The notes under the pieces were generated by a model. The model did not search any database, was not told where the DNA came from, and saw only the letters and a program-made list of their open reading frames with translations. The position numbers were made by a program, and so were the translations under genes. From a virus (taxonomy: Duplodnaviria; Caudoviricetes), in IMG/VR virus record IMGVR_UViG_3300020045_001629, positions 1-43,413 of that record: a stretch of 43,413 nucleotides of DNA. The stretch is one strand, 5' to 3'. Below are positions 35,191 to 43,413 of this stretch, one piece after another. How positions within the stretch are numbered: position 1 is the stretch's first letter; each line of letters begins with the position of its first letter.

Positions 35191-37278
35191 ATGGCATATA
35201 GCAGCCAGAGAGCCGTTTCGACTGGCGCTCTGGTGCTACTCGCCCTATCACTAGAATACTTGGACCGTTCAGAAATCACCGTGCTGTATGACGGTGTCCT
35301 GAACAGTACAGACTGGTCGTGGGTCGGTAGCACTGATAAAACAATCTCGTTCTCCCCTGCTGTACCTGCGGGAGTGGAAGTAACAGTTAAACGCATCACA
35401 GATGTATCCGAACTCAGGAATAGCTTCGTAGGTGGTGCTGCATTTAATTATGACACCTTAGACGACAGTTTCCTGCAAGTCCTACATACCGCACAGGAGT
35501 CCCAAGAAGGTGGGAATCCGCTTACGGATAGCTACACCGACATCAACATGCACGGGAATACTGTGCATAACCTGCGTGATGCGGTACTTAGCACAGACGC
35601 TATCCCACTAGGCCAAGCTACTGAGCTTCTGCAAGCCGCAGATAGTGGGGCTGTTCTGAATACTCTTGCATCTGCGTCTGGGACTACTCTAGTCAAAGGG
35701 AGTTGGTTCGGGGGAGTACTAGCGTATGTCTCTGCACTAGGGACGCAAGTAGGCGCATCCCTGATCGGTTTCATTCAATCCGGCATTGGCGCTATTGCGC
35801 GCAGCATACAGGACAAACTCCGCGATACGGTCAGCGTCAAAGACTTTGGCGCAAAAGGTGATGGCATTACCGATGACGCCCCAGCGATTGACGCAGCAAT
35901 TGCGGCTATGGGGTATGGCGGGGAAATATTCTTCCCCGAAGGCGTTTATAAGTGCAATTCGTCGATCACTGTCCCGCCAGTATCTGCCGGGCAGTCCGGA
36001 ATTATTTTCAGAGGTATCGGGCCAGGGTCTTCAATTCAACCCGGCGCGGCAATGACTTCCCTATTCAACGTAACCGGCAAGGACGTTGTTTTTACCAAGC
36101 TCGGAATTGCCAATGCATCGAGCTACGCAACCAACGGTATTTTATTCACGTTCCTGAGTTCGGATGCGGCGTTCAGCGCGGATGTTTCCGATTGCTCAAT
36201 CGGGGGGTTCGCCGTTGGCATTTCGGCTACTGGACAGAACTACGACATTCAGAACAACTTCTTCCAGAACAACAGCACACATATCGCATTTACGAATGAC
36301 GGTCGCAATACTTCGATTCAGGATAACTATTTTCTTGGAGGGAGCACTGGAATACGTCTTTCAAAGACGGTAGGCGGGACGCAGGCGGAAGGGGTAAGAA
36401 TTGTCAACAACACCCTTCTTTGCACGGTGGCGGGCGGCGCGCAAATCCAAATCAACGCCGGTTTTGAAATATTTATCGGGCACAACATTATCGACCAAAC
36501 AGGCGCTGGAAACATCGGGATTTACATTCCCGTTACCGGGTCGGACGCGGCGAACCGGATCAAGGTTATCGGTAACTGGATCGCTGGCGGTCTTAATTCC
36601 TATTGCATCTTCGCATCTGGAAATAATAGCGACATTGATTTAATAGATAACACGTTTGCCGCAACGAATGGTCAGGCAGTTATTGCGGGGCTTTCTCTTT
36701 CGGGCACTCAGCGCGCCAAGATAGCGCTTAACAACTTTCTTTTAAGCGGTGGGGTTGACATTTCTACGTCTGGCACCAGCGCGTTGAAATTTCTGGAAAA
36801 TACGGCAACTGGGGGTGGATCGCTTCAAAACGTCATGGGGCCAACGCAATTCACAGGGATTATTGATACTGGTGCGACAGGTCAGGTGTTCTTCCCTCCG
36901 GTGCAGAATCCGAGCGCCGGACCAAACTGCCTTGATGACTACGAGGAAGGCGCATGGGTTCCAGTTGTTTCATCAGGATCGGGGGCACTTTCTGCTGTTG
37001 TTGCCAATGGCTATTACACAAAAATCGGCCGACTTGTCTCGTTCTATGCAACCCTGAATATTACCAATAACGGAACAGGAGCAAGCAGTATCAACATGAC
37101 CTTACCTATCAACGCGGCAATCTCAGGCCAAGGGTGCGGACGAGAGAATGGGCTGACAGGAGGGGCGGTGCAAGTCAATATCGGAGGAGGCGGGGCAACG
37201 ATCCTTACAGTAAGTAATGGCTATCCAGGCGGAACTGGTGCGTTTCTGTTAGTCAGCGGTTCATACTTCTCGGCGTAG
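35191..37278 (+). CDS. Tail fibre/tailspike: T7 gp17-type N-terminal anchor plus beta-helix (pectate-lyase-like) depolymerase
   Basis: N-terminal YLDRSEI.V...R.T...F..GA; SVKDFGAKGDGITDD..AI..AI; FFPEGVY; Asn/Gly/Ile beta-helix repeats; C-terminal DDYEEG.W.P...G.YTKIGRLV. Confidence 0.92.
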   Translation: MAYSSQRAVSTGALVLLALSLEYLDRSEITVLYDGVLNSTDWSWVGSTDKTISFSPAVPAGVEVTVKRITDVSELRNSFVGGAAFNYDTLDDSFLQVLHTAQESQEGGNPLTDSYTDINMHGNTVHNLRDAVLSTDAIPLGQATELLQAADSGAVLNTLASASGTTLVKGSWFGGVLAYVSALGTQVGASLIGFIQSGIGAIARSIQDKLRDTVSVKDFGAKGDGITDDAPAIDAAIAAMGYGGEIFFPEGVYKCNSSITVPPVSAGQSGIIFRGIGPGSSIQPGAAMTSLFNVTGKDVVFTKLGIANASSYATNGILFTFLSSDAAFSADVSDCSIGGFAVGISATGQNYDIQNNFFQNNSTHIAFTNDGRNTSIQDNYFLGGSTGIRLSKTVGGTQAEGVRIVNNTLLCTVAGGAQIQINAGFEIFIGHNIIDQTGAGNIGIYIPVTGSDAANRIKVIGNWIAGGLNSYCIFASGNNSDIDLIDNTFAATNGQAVIAGLSLSGTQRAKIALNNFLLSGGVDISTSGTSALKFLENTATGGGSLQNVMGPTQFTGIIDTGATGQVFFPPVQNPSAGPNCLDDYEEGAWVPVVSSGSGALSAVVANGYYTKIGRLVSFYATLNITNNGTGASSINMTLPINAAISGQGCGRENGLTGGAVQVNIGGGGATILTVSNGYPGGTGAFLLVSGSYFSA

Positions 37279-37376
37279 CGGGCGTCTCATGAGCGACGAC
37301 CGCAGAACGCCAGACGCAGACCTCGCCCGGCCGTGGACAATCAAGATATAGCACTTTACTTAATCTAAGGAGAACT

Positions 37377-37661
37377 ATGGCTGGCGCTACAGTAGGCGAG
37401 CTTGAGAAGTTACAGAAGTTGATGGTGCAGGCTCTTACTGAACGAGTTGTACTGGACATGAAGGATAGCATCCCGACTGATGCAGCTACGCTTGGCGTCA
37501 TTGCTAAACTTCTCAAAGACAATAGTATTACCGCTGATCCTGCGGACGCAGATGATCTATCGAAACTCCGAGCTAAACTCACGGAGCAGGCACGGTTGCG
37601 TAGGATCAAGACAGCATCAGTAATCTCAATCGTTAAGGAAGACCTAGCTAGAGAGGCTTAA
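37377..37661 (+). CDS. Terminase small subunit (DNA maturase A)
   Basis: AATLGVIAKLLKDNSITAD motif; directly upstream of the large subunit. Confidence 0.88.
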   Translation: MAGATVGELEKLQKLMVQALTERVVLDMKDSIPTDAATLGVIAKLLKDNSITADPADADDLSKLRAKLTEQARLRRIKTASVISIVKEDLAREA

Positions 37662-39448
37662 TGGAGTTCAAGTCACGGTTCGCACATGCGGAACTGATGG
37701 CTGCTGAGTACGAGAACTTCATACAATTCGCAGAAGATGCGATGGCCTTTCTAGGCTTCTCCCTCACGGAGCAGCAGGCAGACATATCAGAGTTCATGCA
37801 GAATGGCCCACGCTTGCGTATGGTCATGGCTCAGCGCGGGGAAGCTAAAAGCACCCTTGCTGCTCTGTATGCAGTATGGCGTATTATTCAGCGCCCCAGT
37901 ACCCGCGTTCTCATCGTATCAGGTGGTGAGAAGCAAGCATCAGAAGTAGCAACACTAGTTATTCGCCTTATCACTACGTGGGACATCCTAGAGTATCTTC
38001 GGCCAGATAGACAGGCGGGAGATAGAACCAGCGTTGAAGCATTTGATGTGCACTACTCCTTAAAGGGGCTAGACAAATCGCCTTCTGTAGCTTGCGTTGG
38101 TATCACTAGTAACCTCCCCGGCAAGCGTGCCGACCTGCTTATCCCAGATGACGTAGAAACAAACAAGAATGGTTTGACAGCAGCACAACGGGATTTCCTT
38201 TTGCATCTTACAAAGGAGTTCAGTTCAATCTGTACGCACGGAGACATCCTGTACTTGGGAACTCCCCAGTCAAAAGACAGTATCTATAACACCCTGCCGG
38301 GTCGAGGGTACTGCACACGTATCTGGCCGGGACGGTATCCAACGCAAGACGAAATGGAGAAGTACGGTGAGAGACTGGCCCCGCGCATTATTGAACGCAT
38401 TGCTTCCAACCCAGAAGTACAACGAGGTGGAGGCATCGACGGTTCAAGGGGAATCCCAACCGACCCCATGCGTTACACCGAAGAAGACCTCGTTGAAAAA
38501 GAACTAGACAAAGGACCAGAAGATTTTCAGTTGCAGTACATGCTTGATACATCGCTTGCCGATGAAGCGCGTCTTCAACTAAAGCTGTCTGACCTCATGG
38601 TAGCCAACTTTGATAGCGATGTGCTGCCAGAGATTATGATCTACCAAGCCAACTTACTAAATCAAGCGGAACTCCCTAAAGAGTTCCCTATCGTTGGCAC
38701 CAAGATGTACTACCCTATGACTGCGAACTCTCGCTTCGTCAAGCCTAAAGAAATCTTCATGTTCATCGACCCTGCTGGTGGTGGTTCGGATGAGCTTGCA
38801 TTTAGCGCCGGGTGCAGCATTGGCCCGTACATCCATGTGCTAGACGTAGGTGGATTGAAAGGTGGGTTATCTGGGGACAATCCCGCAGTACTTTGCTCTG
38901 TGATTAAGGAGCTAGGTGTTACAGGAATCCTAGTCGAATCCAACATGGGGCATGGCCTGTTCGAGATTAACCTCAGAGCAGAGCTAGCGAAGAAGCGCCT
39001 AGATGCTGATGGCATCGAGTACGACCTCGCGCATGTGGGGGTTCAAGGTGAGTACAGTACCGGCCAGAAGGAACGCCGGATCATTGACTCCCTAGTATCC
39101 CCAATGCAGAGACACCGCGTTATTGTACATAAGCGGGTGTTCGAGAGTGAGGCTCGTTATGCGAAGCAGCACAGTGTAGACGCACGAACACAGTTCAGCG
39201 TGTTCTACCAACTCGCTAATATCACAACCGACCGGAACTCTCTTACTAAGGATGACCGTATTGAATGTATGGCAGGTGTTGTTCGCCACTTCAAAGGAAT
39301 CCTTGCAGTAGATGAGAACAAGGCCGCTACTGCTAGAGCAGTGCAAGAAGCTCTAGCGCATATTGCTGACCCTATGGGGTACGGCACCACTCAATCGAAA
39401 GCCACCGGAACTAGAAGGATTGTACACGGAAGGCGGGTTAGGAAATGA
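37661..39448 (+). CDS. Terminase large subunit (DNA maturase B)
   Basis: AQRGEAKST, GKRADLLIPDDVE, YLGTPQ, IDPAGGGSDE, ESNMG, DDRIE. Confidence 0.97.
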   Translation: MEFKSRFAHAELMAAEYENFIQFAEDAMAFLGFSLTEQQADISEFMQNGPRLRMVMAQRGEAKSTLAALYAVWRIIQRPSTRVLIVSGGEKQASEVATLVIRLITTWDILEYLRPDRQAGDRTSVEAFDVHYSLKGLDKSPSVACVGITSNLPGKRADLLIPDDVETNKNGLTAAQRDFLLHLTKEFSSICTHGDILYLGTPQSKDSIYNTLPGRGYCTRIWPGRYPTQDEMEKYGERLAPRIIERIASNPEVQRGGGIDGSRGIPTDPMRYTEEDLVEKELDKGPEDFQLQYMLDTSLADEARLQLKLSDLMVANFDSDVLPEIMIYQANLLNQAELPKEFPIVGTKMYYPMTANSRFVKPKEIFMFIDPAGGGSDELAFSAGCSIGPYIHVLDVGGLKGGLSGDNPAVLCSVIKELGVTGILVESNMGHGLFEINLRAELAKKRLDADGIEYDLAHVGVQGEYSTGQKERRIIDSLVSPMQRHRVIVHKRVFESEARYAKQHSVDARTQFSVFYQLANITTDRNSLTKDDRIECMAGVVRHFKGILAVDENKAATARAVQEALAHIADPMGYGTTQSKATGTRRIVHGRRVRK

Positions 39449-39645
39449 CCGTTATGGAGAAGCACGCAAGCTGGGTTTCGTACACAGCATCAGGGAGCGC
39501 GGTACTGTGCGGATTCAACCTGAATGACTGGGGTATGCTCATCGGTGTACTTGTAGGTTTGATTACTTGTGGTATCAACTGGTATTACAAGGCAAAGGAA
39601 GACAAGCGCCGGGACCGCAGGAAGTACGATGAGCACACGGACTAA
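39445..39645 (+). CDS. Holin (HP1-like / pinholin-type)
   Basis: 66 aa; L.DWG..IG........NWYYK followed by a charged tail. Confidence 0.88.
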   Translation: MTVMEKHASWVSYTASGSAVLCGFNLNDWGMLIGVLVGLITCGINWYYKAKEDKRRDRRKYDEHTD

Positions 39646-40108
39646 GGTAGCGGCTTCGCTCCTAGCTCTTAGTGTCGCGGGGGCTATCTTCATTGGTGGG
39701 TTTGAGAACGGACCTAAAGGACCACGGACTGAGGCATACCTCGATCCTGTTGGAATCCCCACAGTCTGTACCGGACACATCAAAGGAGTAACCCTCGGCG
39801 CTCACCGTACCAAGAAGGAGTGTGAGGTACTGCTGCAACAGGATGTATCCAGTACTGGGATAGCTGTTGGGGAACTAGTGCGAGTACCAGTCTCACAAGG
39901 ACAGTACGACGCTCTGGTATCCCTTACCTTCAACATAGGTAACTCTGCACTTAGTACAAGCACTTTACTCCGTAAGCTCAACGCTGGGAATTGCTACGGT
40001 GCTGCTGGTGAGTTCCTAAAATGGGATCATGCCAAGGGGAAGCGCCTGCGCGGCCTCACAGCGCGCCGAACCGCTGAGCGGGACCTCTTTATAAAGGATT
40101 GTGAATGA
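39629..40108 (+). CDS. SAR endolysin (GH24 lysozyme)
   Basis: Start reassigned to ATG 39629; Ala/Gly-rich N-terminal anchor; FE...AYLDPVGIPTVCTGH; ALVSLTFNIG; STLLRKLN; GLTARR.AE. Confidence 0.93.
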   Translation: MSTRTKVAASLLALSVAGAIFIGGFENGPKGPRTEAYLDPVGIPTVCTGHIKGVTLGAHRTKKECEVLLQQDVSSTGIAVGELVRVPVSQGQYDALVSLTFNIGNSALSTSTLLRKLNAGNCYGAAGEFLKWDHAKGKRLRGLTARRTAERDLFIKDCE

Positions 40109-40425
40109 TAGACGTAGCGCTAATGGATAGGCTTACGCAGGAGGTTAAGTTCACCTCCGGCACTGGTGGCACTATCACAACGTTTGATGGTACTACTGTG
40201 CTGCATACCGCAGACTTCAATAATGCACTTCCTGGTAGGCTTCCTTCCGAGATTAGTATGCTCATGGATAATATCCGTGTGATGCTCTCAGGTGGTTCTC
40301 CAGGTGTAGTAGGAACTTTTAATCCCCTCACCGGGGGGATTACAAAAATCAGCAAGCTGACTCAAGCGCAGTACGACGCGATCGTCACGAAAGACGACAG
40401 CACCCTTTACGTGATCGTGGTCTGA
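40105..40425 (+). CDS. Short tail-associated/adaptor-like protein
   Basis: C-terminal KLTQAQYDAIVTKDDSTLYVI, a motif recurrent in phage minor tail proteins. Confidence 0.7.
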   Translation: MIDVALMDRLTQEVKFTSGTGGTITTFDGTTVLHTADFNNALPGRLPSEISMLMDNIRVMLSGGSPGVVGTFNPLTGGITKISKLTQAQYDAIVTKDDSTLYVIVV

Positions 40426-40428
40426 TCC

Positions 40429-41781
40429 ATGCCGCCGATTTTTAACACGGCAACACTCAGGGTTGGCGCGGCGGCTGTGGCTGCTGCTTTTCTCGGCAGT
40501 CAGAGCGTCTTTGGGGGCGCAGTGGTCGAGCCGCCCACAGGACTGCTCCGTATGGCCGCTGTAAATAACACGGTGAACAACGGCACGATGACCATTGCCG
40601 GAAAGAATCGCTGCTACATTCGCATCCCGTACATGATCGGCTCGGGCGACCTATCGGAAATCAAACTGAGCCACTACGGATACAACATGACCATCGGCGG
40701 GCTGTCATCAAACGCCAACAGCTTCGACATCACGCTCGGCGCAATCGCGAACGCGGCGGGCACTGTCAGCGTCCCGGTTCTGTACTCTGCTGGGCGCTTG
40801 CTGACCGTTGCCGGTTCTGCACACGATGTGCAGATGGATTCGATTCTGCCGGCTGCGTTTGGGCTGAGCAAATTCACTCGCGGCGATGTGTACTGGCTGA
40901 AGATGCAAGTGGACTTTGCGACCGCAGGGTATTTGCCGACTGCGGTTAGCTTTCGGGCCAACGGGAATCCTGGCGCGCAATACCTATGGGTCGATTCAGC
41001 GAGCAGCGGCGTTGCTGCTGGAACAGGGGTTGATGATCCTGGCCCGTTTACGATCACTGGAACGGCGGCGAGTTCGCAAGGCTACGGATACATGCCGGTT
41101 ATGCTCGGGAAGTTCGTCTCTGGCGATCCTGATGTTTGGTACGGAGCCGGCGATAGCGATCTGAACAGCGTTGGCGACGTTGATACCGCGCAGTGGGGCA
41201 TGGGATTTTTTACTCGCGCATTGCTGGACAACGGCACCCCGAGTCGCGTTCTCGCGGGGTTCAACTGCGCGAAGCCAAGTGGCTACATCACCGTTTTTCG
41301 CACACTGACGAATCTTGCAAAATGGTCCGCGTACTGCAACAGCGGCGTCGAGGAATGTGGGCTTAACGACCTTGGATCGACCACTGGCACTTTGCTATCA
41401 ACGGCAACATTCTTGACTCAGTGTAAAGCTGCGTGGGCGATTATGCGGGGCCAAGGTGTGCAGAAGGTTTTGCGGACGTGGATGCTCGGTCGCCTTCAGT
41501 CAAGCGATTCGTTTGCCACCGAGGCGGGCCAGACCTTCGTCGGCACTGCTGGAGATCAGTCCTGGGGGGCTGCATCGGCAGCGCTAAATGCGGCGTTTCA
41601 GGCTGAAGTAGGTGGCACGCTCGATGTGCTCGTGCCGATGATTTGCGCACGCGGAACCGTGGATTCTACGAAGTGGCGCGCAAACGGCACTGCTCTCTAC
41701 GCGACATCTGATGGTGTGCATAAGTCTTCAGCAATGCACGCACTAGCGGCTGTTGAGCTTCGCAGCTACATGGATGCTTGA
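40429..41781 (+). CDS. SGNH/GDSL hydrolase-domain protein (putative virion-associated esterase)
   Basis: Block I GAGDS, block II N.AKPSG, block III CGLND, block V SDGVH; N-terminal beta-rich domain. Confidence 0.82.
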   Translation: MPPIFNTATLRVGAAAVAAAFLGSQSVFGGAVVEPPTGLLRMAAVNNTVNNGTMTIAGKNRCYIRIPYMIGSGDLSEIKLSHYGYNMTIGGLSSNANSFDITLGAIANAAGTVSVPVLYSAGRLLTVAGSAHDVQMDSILPAAFGLSKFTRGDVYWLKMQVDFATAGYLPTAVSFRANGNPGAQYLWVDSASSGVAAGTGVDDPGPFTITGTAASSQGYGYMPVMLGKFVSGDPDVWYGAGDSDLNSVGDVDTAQWGMGFFTRALLDNGTPSRVLAGFNCAKPSGYITVFRTLTNLAKWSAYCNSGVEECGLNDLGSTTGTLLSTATFLTQCKAAWAIMRGQGVQKVLRTWMLGRLQSSDSFATEAGQTFVGTAGDQSWGAASAALNAAFQAEVGGTLDVLVPMICARGTVDSTKWRANGTALYATSDGVHKSSAMHALAAVELRSYMDA

Positions 41782-42026
41782 CTAGCCATATGCTAGATAA
41801 CTGCCTAGCTTGGGCACTCCGCAAACTACGGTACTGCCCAGAGGAAGGACTTGTTCTATTGAAGTCCCAGTCCGGGTGGTTTCCACATTTCAAACATATA
41901 GCGTTCAATCAAGACTCAGTAGAGATTACTGAGTTCGTTCCAACAGAGAGGGTGCCAAAGTGGTTCCCGCCTCTCAGGTTCAACGGGCACGTGCGCTGTA
42001 CACGTTATATCAAGGAGGAAGCATGA
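41778..42026 (+). CDS. Hypothetical protein (82 aa)
   Basis: NCL.WA...G......S..GWFPHF...F.P......PPL.F.G.V pattern; coupled to both neighbours. Confidence 0.7.
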   Translation: MTSHMLDNCLAWALRKLRYCPEEGLVLLKSQSGWFPHFKHIAFNQDSVEITEFVPTERVPKWFPPLRFNGHVRCTRYIKEEA

Positions 42027-42412
42027 ACCGCCTGTACGTCGCTGTAGGTGCCTTGCTCGTCATGCTGTGCCTCGTTTATACAGTGCTTCACCTGTATACG
42101 GCTGGGGTGAAATCAGAGGTAAAAGCGAGTATCGCCACGGAGACTGTTTCCAGAGCCGTGGCTGCATCGAAGACCGAAGTGATACGTGAGTACCAAGTGC
42201 AGGCTGAACTCTCAGCCACGCTCGATGCTGTACGTCCAGTTTACGCAATCCTGAGGAAAACGAATGTCCCAGCGCCAAAAGCTATCCCTGTGGTTATTCC
42301 AGAAGGGGCAGTACTTAGTGCTGTTGTTCCTAGTGATCCTTGGATCAGCATGTTCAACAGTGCAGTACGTACCAGCAACAGCACTATCGAATCCGCCAGC
42401 AGTATGCCTTGA
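42023..42412 (+). CDS. Inner-membrane spanin (Rz-like)
   Basis: Start reassigned to ATG 42023 (AAGGAGG RBS); single N-terminal TM helix followed by a helical periplasmic region. Confidence 0.78.
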   Translation: MNRLYVAVGALLVMLCLVYTVLHLYTAGVKSEVKASIATETVSRAVAASKTEVIREYQVQAELSATLDAVRPVYAILRKTNVPAPKAIPVVIPEGAVLSAVVPSDPWISMFNSAVRTSNSTIESASSMP

Positions 42413-42551
42413 GCGGTGTAAGAGTATCCCAGAAGCTGATGGTTCCGAAAGGGACTGGATGGTTCAGATGCTAGAGCAGTACACAGAGTGCTCTGTACTA
42501 AACCGAGTGTGTTCATCTGAACTACTCAACATGAAACTTAAATCTAAATAG
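42264..42551 (+). CDS. Outer-membrane spanin lipoprotein (Rz1-like)
   Basis: Overlaps the Rz-like gene in another frame; signal peptide with lipobox-like LGSA-C; PPAVCLERC and C-terminal Cys residues. Confidence 0.78.
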   Translation: MSQRQKLSLWLFQKGQYLVLLFLVILGSACSTVQYVPATALSNPPAVCLERCKSIPEADGSERDWMVQMLEQYTECSVLNRVCSSELLNMKLKSK

Positions 42552-42562
42552 AAGGAATCTGT

Positions 42563-42757
42563 ATGACTTTTGCTACTGCTACCGCAATCCGTGGCGAGGC
42601 TGTTGCGCTGAGTATTGCTGCTGAGAAGTTGGTTATTGGCCTGCGTGAGATTTACTCTGGTCAGGGTACGGTTGCTGCGCCGGGTCGTGAGACCACCGCA
42701 TCGCTTGATGTTCTGGTTGCTGCAACCACTGCGGCTATTACTGCTGTGAATGCGTAA
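42563..42757 (+). CDS. Small Ala-rich hypothetical protein (64 aa)
   Basis: AAGGA RBS; biased codon use; last gene in the window. Confidence 0.75.
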   Translation: MTFATATAIRGEAVALSIAAEKLVIGLREIYSGQGTVAAPGRETTASLDVLVAATTAAITAVNA

Positions 42758-42789
42758 GTACTAAGAAATTATAATTTATTGCTAGGGCT

Positions 42790-43386
42790 TGAGTCGAAGA
42801 CTCATCCTTAGTAGTAGATTGAGGTCTATGTAGTATTCGTCTATCTATCGGGGAGTTACCTAGTGGATAGTGCGAGTTCTACATGCAACTCAATTTGCTT
42901 CGCTCATGCGACAGAGTCTCCGACCCGTGACGCTGCTGATGTCCCCCATGCCCTCCCTCGCGTGTGCCACACTAGACGCGGGATCGTGCCTAGTATGTCG
43001 CGTGTCTAGCTGTACAGAGTCGCAGACTCATCCTATCGCATGTACTGAGTCTTCGACTCGTGCAGCGCATTACCTATCAGCTACCTATCATCCTCTCAGC
43101 GCCTTGTGTATCTCATTGAGTGCTTGTGATGTGTGCTAGGTAGTGTGTGCATGTGGTGGGTCTACTTCTTATTCTTGCAGGTGCTGTTGTGTATCTCTCA
43201 GGTACTGCTTAGTACTCCTTGGTACTGCTCATTGCTCTATCAGTCTCTATCTATACCTATCAACATCCTGAGTACATCTAGCACGCTATACATGAGTCTT
43301 CGACTCTATAAGGTACTCAACTAGCTGTACCTGATACTTCGTATCTATACCTGAGCTACACAGGCTTATTACTGTGTCTTCGACAC
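42790..43386. repeat. Dispersed family of seven 13 nt mini-hairpins (5 bp stem, C-GNA-G loop)
   Basis: Copies at 42791, 42914, 43017, 43047, 43294, 43333 and 43374; see findings. Confidence 0.8.
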
Positions 43387-43413
43387 CTACGCGCTGTGCT
43401 TGCCTTTCTTTTA

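Larger units (their letters stand above)
1..43413 (+). mobile_element. Autographiviridae podophage genome, phiKMV/KP34-like gene order, probably temperate
   Basis: Single-subunit RNAP downstream of the DNA metabolism genes; T7-like portal/scaffold/capsid/tube A/tube B/internal virion/tailspike/terminase order; almost all genes on the + strand; integrase plus attP present. Confidence 0.97.

Noticed and set aside
1152-42516. Many minus-strand and alternate-frame ORFs in the track (e.g. 22869-23528, 32018-32605, 34006-34590, 12056-12625)
   Set aside because: They are shadows of well-supported + strand genes, with no RBS or motifs. Only the HTH gene, the xis/int overlap and the Rz1-like overlap are accepted.
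42870-43324. ORFs 42870-43139 and 43133-43324
   Set aside because: No RBS, low-complexity translations, and they lie in the repeat-rich terminal region.
42790-43386. CRISPR-like or mini-array interpretation of the terminal repeats
   Set aside because: Units are only 13 nt, irregularly spaced and in both orientations, and no cas genes are present.

Overview
The window is an essentially complete ~43.4 kb Autographiviridae (T7-superfamily) podophage genome with the phiKMV/KP34-type layout. On the + strand it runs: host-RNAP promoters and small early genes; primase, helicase, ligase, family A DNA polymerase and nucleases; a single-subunit RNA polymerase at the end of the replication block; then portal, scaffold, capsid, tail, internal virion proteins, tailspike, terminase and lysis genes. 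Unusually for this mostly lytic group it looks temperate. An excisionase-like gene, an intact tyrosine integrase and an attP carrying the 3' half of tRNA-Arg(TCT) lie between the early promoters and the primase-to-RNAP operon, so integration would cut the RNAP gene off from those promoters. The only convincing minus-strand gene is a small XRE-type HTH protein. It has its own sigma70 promoter, converges on the RNAP gene and sits back-to-back with a phage late promoter. Other oddities are an SsrA-like ALAA tail on the DNA polymerase, a shared P[SA]LPT motif on three replication-region proteins, an SGNH esterase module inside the lysis cassette, a terminator-like hairpin directly upstream of the capsid gene, and a cluster of co-varying GNA-triloop hairpins at the right end. 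All product calls come from motif recognition and synteny; no database searches were run.
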